Source of the DNA: Elsinoe ampelina
Taxonomy: Eukaryota
DNA length: 64,000 nt
Reading direction: 5' to 3'
NCBI GenBank assembly: GCA_010093995.1
Contig: ML992508.1
Location: 1,102,483-1,166,482, forward strand
Under the pieces are notes generated by a model. It worked only from the letters and a program-made list of their open reading frames with translations. It ran no database searches and had not been told where the DNA came from. The position numbers and the translations under genes are program-made. Positions 62,509 through 64,000 of the stretch are shown here, piece after piece. Each line of letters begins with the position of its first letter. Position 1 is the stretch's first letter.

Positions 62509-64000
62509 AGCGACCAGCGCGGGCGGGTGAGGCAAGGGTAAGACAAAGAATCGAACGAGCCGTTAGGTGACCGAGTCCGGAATTTCTTGTCGAGTTGGCG
62601 GAATGGACAAAGGGGGCTGCTCGGGGAGGATATATCCACTGGCCAAGGGGACTATTGGCTCTTGGTGTCGAAGACGGTATATGATGTGGGGCGAAATTCG
62701 AAGAAGAGAAAATTCACCAAAGAAGATGAAGCTGCTGCTGTACTTTTAATGCAAGAGAGGACGTGGATGCCTCTGATGTGTCGATCGACGACAACAAGGA
62801 CAGCAGCGAATGTCAGCCTAAGGAACAATGTCCATTCCAGGTGATGGAACAAAGGGATTATGAGACGCCCTTGTGAGAATCCTTTGTGGCGGTGATGTCG
62901 GACGTTGTTCTCTGCAGGGGTGACAATGGCGATGGTGATCCAGTCAACAATAGAAGGGCGAGCGGCTTTGTGATCTACAAGGCACGATGATCCAGTCCGA
63001 TCGTGCTTTGGTGTGGAAAAATACCAATCCAGCGGCGAAGGTCTCAGAGGGGCGAGACAGAATGAACGTGTGAGCGAGACAAAGTGTATTTCAACGAGTG
63101 ACGGAAACGATAACGACAGACGCGTGGGCCGAGCGGTGATGCAGCGACACACAGAGAATGGAACGGAAGAAGAGAAGCGTTATGGAAACGACAGGCTATA
63201 GCTCACCTTGAGGTGCTAAAGGGATATAGGCTCATTATGTGTGCGCCTAGGCGAGAAAAGCACATCGAATCAGTCCAGCCACCCCTGAGAATCTCCTGAC
63301 AGGCGTTCCAACGGGCGCCAGCGTCCATGCGCCGCCGGAGTCGAGCCATGTGCCATACGTTATTGGTACATACCACACCTGCGGGCACATGCGTCGATGG
63401 AAGAGTGGAGGTGAAACCTTCCACGGCCTTCTGGCTGCAATCTCGCTGACTGAAGAGGGACAAGCCCAACCAATCATCCAAGATTTGCGGACCCGCTTGG
63501 CGCCCTTCGGTTCAAAGATGGGATTTTTGCAGGCGGATTGGTCGTTTCAGACCCAGAGCTTGTCTGGATTCTCGGTGCAAACCGCGCCAATCACGATTCG
63601 CCTGTGGCGGTTACGGGAAACGAGACGGGTCCACTTTGCTTTTCGTCATACTAAACATTTGCAAAGGACGTTACATCCACATCCCGTTTCTATCGATATC
63701 GATACGGATACGGTATGCTCAATAGAGTCTCCTCACGCATGATCGAGGCTGGGTACGAGTGACGAAGCCAATACAAAGACTCTTGCATTTCCTTGGACTG
63801 CCGGAGTTGAAACAACTTCAGTCCGTGTTCCGCATGCGGATAAAAACCTGCACGGCATCAAAAACGGAGCATGTCGTGGCAGTCTTTTTCAGCTTCATCT
63901 CAACAAATCTCGGTGTGCGATAAAGAACATTCGACGAAATTGGACGATGGTCTAGCATTTCGAGCCGCTAGGTAGTCGCTGGAAATGTACACGAGGTTGT

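Noticed and set aside
62540..64000. Iron-responsive GATA (SreA) sites or a further gene upstream of the ferric reductase
   Set aside because: Only isolated GATAA matches at chance frequency, and no credible ORF.

Overview
Eukaryotic DNA from a filamentous ascomycete. Short GT-AG introns with CTRAC/CTAAY branch sites and a RIP-like AT-rich edge point to this; a Dothideomycete is my inference. The window starts in a RIP-scarred repeat relic, followed by an SRPK-like pseudokinase and a small secreted Kex2-type effector candidate. A run of conserved genes follows: ADO1, NPR2, an auxin-efflux-carrier family transporter, PBS2, a large repetitive hydrophilic protein, an MFS transporter, a TES1-like thioesterase, LEU4, an RBM39/PAD-1-like splicing factor, ATG27, an EBP-like gene, a large PH-like protein and an AIM3-like gene. 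CPS1/DIP2 and a ferric reductase close the window. The most notable part is a ~10.5 kb accessory block at 43.2-53.7 kb. It holds an apparently intact NLR-like gene (helical N-terminus, C2H2 fingers, NACHT, ~13 ankyrin repeats) carrying two copies of a small foreign domain, one inserted inside the NACHT right after the P-loop. This gene lies head-to-head, ~240 bp apart, with an intracellular subtilisin (S8) gene with a kinase-like fold region that is disabled by a frameshift and a nonsense codon. A second nonsense-disabled gene flanks the pair. Other oddities are a degenerate ~91-bp tandem repeat behind the RBM39 gene and recurring ~1-kb C-rich-to-G-rich skew switches. All family names come from motif recognition by eye, not database searches.
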